From the NCBI RefSeq assembly GCF_000195955.2, contig NC_000962.3, positions 660,001 to 692,000 on the forward strand: a DNA stretch of 32,000 nucleotides. The letters run 5' to 3'. Origin of the DNA: Mycobacterium tuberculosis H37Rv. Its GTDB lineage: Bacteria > Actinomycetota > Actinomycetes > Mycobacteriales > Mycobacteriaceae. The first letter of the stretch is position 1, and each line of letters begins with the position of its first letter. The position numbers and the translations under genes were made by a program. The notes beneath the pieces were generated by a model that had not been told where the DNA came from, searched no databases, and worked only from the letters and a program-made list of their open reading frames with translations. Below, in pieces: positions 30,505-32,000 of this stretch.

Positions 30505-32000
30505 GCACCATCTTCGACATCCGCAGCCTGCGACTGCCGAAACTGTCTGCAAAGGTAGTGGTCGTCGGCGGGTTGGTGGTGGTCTTGGCGGTCGTGGCCG
30601 CTGCGGCCGGCGCGCGGCTCTACCGGAAACTGACTACCACTACCGTGGTCGCGTATTTCTCTGAGGCGCTCGCGCTGTACCCAGGAGACAAAGTCCAGAT
30701 CATGGGTGTGCGGGTCGGTTCTATCGACAAGATCGAGCCGGCCGGCGACAAGATGCGAGTCACGTTGCACTACAGCAACAAATACCAGGTGCCGGCCACG
30801 GCTACCGCGTCGATCCTCAACCCCAGCCTGGTGGCCTCGCGCACCATCCAGCTGTCACCGCCGTACACCGGCGGCCCGGTCTTGCAAGACGGCGCGGTGA
30901 TCCCAATCGAGCGCACCCAGGTGCCCGTCGAGTGGGATCAGTTGCGCGATTCCATCAATGGGATCCTCCGCCAGCTCGGCCCGACGGAGCGGCAGCCGAA
31001 GGGGCCGTTCGGCGACCTCATCGAATCGGCCGCGGACAACCTGGCCGGCAAGGGCAGGCAGCTCAACGAAACGCTGAACAGTTTGTCGCAGGCGTTGACC
31101 GCGCTGAACGAGGGCCGGGGAGACTTCGTTGCGATCACGCGAAGCCTGGCGCTATTTGTCAGCGCGCTCTACCAGAATGATCAACAGTTCGTTGCGCTCA
31201 ACGAAAACCTTGCCGAGTTCACCGACTGGTTCACCAAATCCGACCATGACTTGGCCGACACGGTGGAACGGATCGACGACGTTCTCGGCACCGTCCGAAA
31301 GTTCGTGAGCGACAACAGATCCGTGCTGGCTGCCGATGTCAACAACCTCGCCGACGCGACCACTACACTAGTGCAACCCGAGCCGCGGGACGGTCTGGAA
31401 ACCGCGTTGCACGTGTTGCCGACCTACGCCAGCAACTTCAACAACCTTTACTATCCACTGCACAGCTCTCTGGTGGGCCAGTTCGTGTTCCCCAACTTCG
31501 CGAACCCAATTCAGCTCATTTGCAGCGCTATTCAGGCCGGCAGCCGACTCGGCTATCAGGAATCCGCCGAGCTGTGCGCGCAGTACTTGGCACCGGTTCT
31601 GGACGCTCTCAAGTTCAATTACTTGCCGTTCGGCTCAAACCCGTTCAGTTCGGCGGCCACTTTGCCCAAGGAGGTGGCTTACTCCGAGGAGCGGCTCCGC
31701 CCGCCGCCCGGGTACAAGGACACCACTGTCCCAGGGATCTTCTCGCGGGACACACCGTTTTCACACGGCAACCATGAACCGGGCTGGGTCGTTGCGCCCG
31801 GGATGCAGGGTATGCAGGTTCAGCCGTTTACCGCGAACATGCTCACCCCGGAATCGCTGGCAGAGCTGCTGGGTGGTCCGGATATTGCCCCCCCGCCGCC
31901 GGGAACCAACTTGCCCGGACCGCCGAATGCGTATGACGAGTCCAATCCGTTGCCGCCGCCGTGGTACCCGCAGCCCGCGTCCCTCCCGGCTGCGGGCGCC
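30501..32000 (+). CDS. mce2D: Mce-family protein Mce2D, 3' end beyond window
   Basis: ATGA overlap with mce2C; MSTIFDIRSLRLPKLSAKVVVVGGLVVVLAVVAAAAGARLYRKLTTTTVVAYFSEALALYPGDKVQIMGVRVGSIDK. Frame appears open to the window end. Confidence 0.9.
   Translation, partial: MSTIFDIRSLRLPKLSAKVVVVGGLVVVLAVVAAAAGARLYRKLTTTTVVAYFSEALALYPGDKVQIMGVRVGSIDKIEPAGDKMRVTLHYSNKYQVPATATASILNPSLVASRTIQLSPPYTGGPVLQDGAVIPIERTQVPVEWDQLRDSINGILRQLGPTERQPKGPFGDLIESAADNLAGKGRQLNETLNSLSQALTALNEGRGDFVAITRSLALFVSALYQNDQQFVALNENLAEFTDWFTKSDHDLADTVERIDDVLGTVRKFVSDNRSVLAADVNNLADATTTLVQPEPRDGLETALHVLPTYASNFNNLYYPLHSSLVGQFVFPNFANPIQLICSAIQAGSRLGYQESAELCAQYLAPVLDALKFNYLPFGSNPFSSAATLPKEVAYSEERLRPPPGYKDTTVPGIFSRDTPFSHGNHEPGWVVAPGMQGMQVQPFTANMLTPESLAELLGGPDIAPPPPGTNLPGPPNAYDESNPLPPPWYPQPASLPAAGA

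Overview
The window reads as an ordinary chromosomal segment of the Mycobacterium tuberculosis complex. I recognise it from gene order and protein sequences from memory (H37Rv Rv0568 to Rv0592), not from a database search. In order: 3' part of a P450 (cyp135B1-like); a DosR-type dormancy cluster (Rv0569-like, nrdZ, PRTase-hydrolase fusion, Rv0572c-like, pncB2, CapA-like protein); a FAD monooxygenase divergent from an ArsR-fusion regulator and a double-glyoxalase protein; the repetitive gene PE_PGRS7; a Mut7-C RNase-like protein; an F420/nitroreductase-like protein; a VapBC toxin-antitoxin pair; lipoprotein lpqN; a GH92 alpha-mannosidase; a kinase-like/LPG-synthase-TM fusion membrane protein; and mce2R-yrbE2A-yrbE2B-mce2A-mce2B-mce2C-mce2D (partial). 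No tRNA, rRNA, CRISPR array or IS element was found. The most useful non-routine signals are: (i) a hidden 55-aa CxxC ORF at 5434..5601(-) that falls below the ORF-track cutoff; (ii) a near-perfect 30-bp stem between the convergent nrdZ and Rv0571c-like genes; (iii) an 11-bp-arm palindrome at the start of the ArsR-fusion gene; (iv) palindromes abutting vapB; (v) a FadR-like GGTCTGACC core upstream of mce2R; (vi) DosR-box-like sites; (vii) a single-base frameshift splitting mce2B; (viii) a degenerate kinase motif in the 795-aa membrane protein. I saw no clear evidence of a wholly new multi-gene defence or mobile system.
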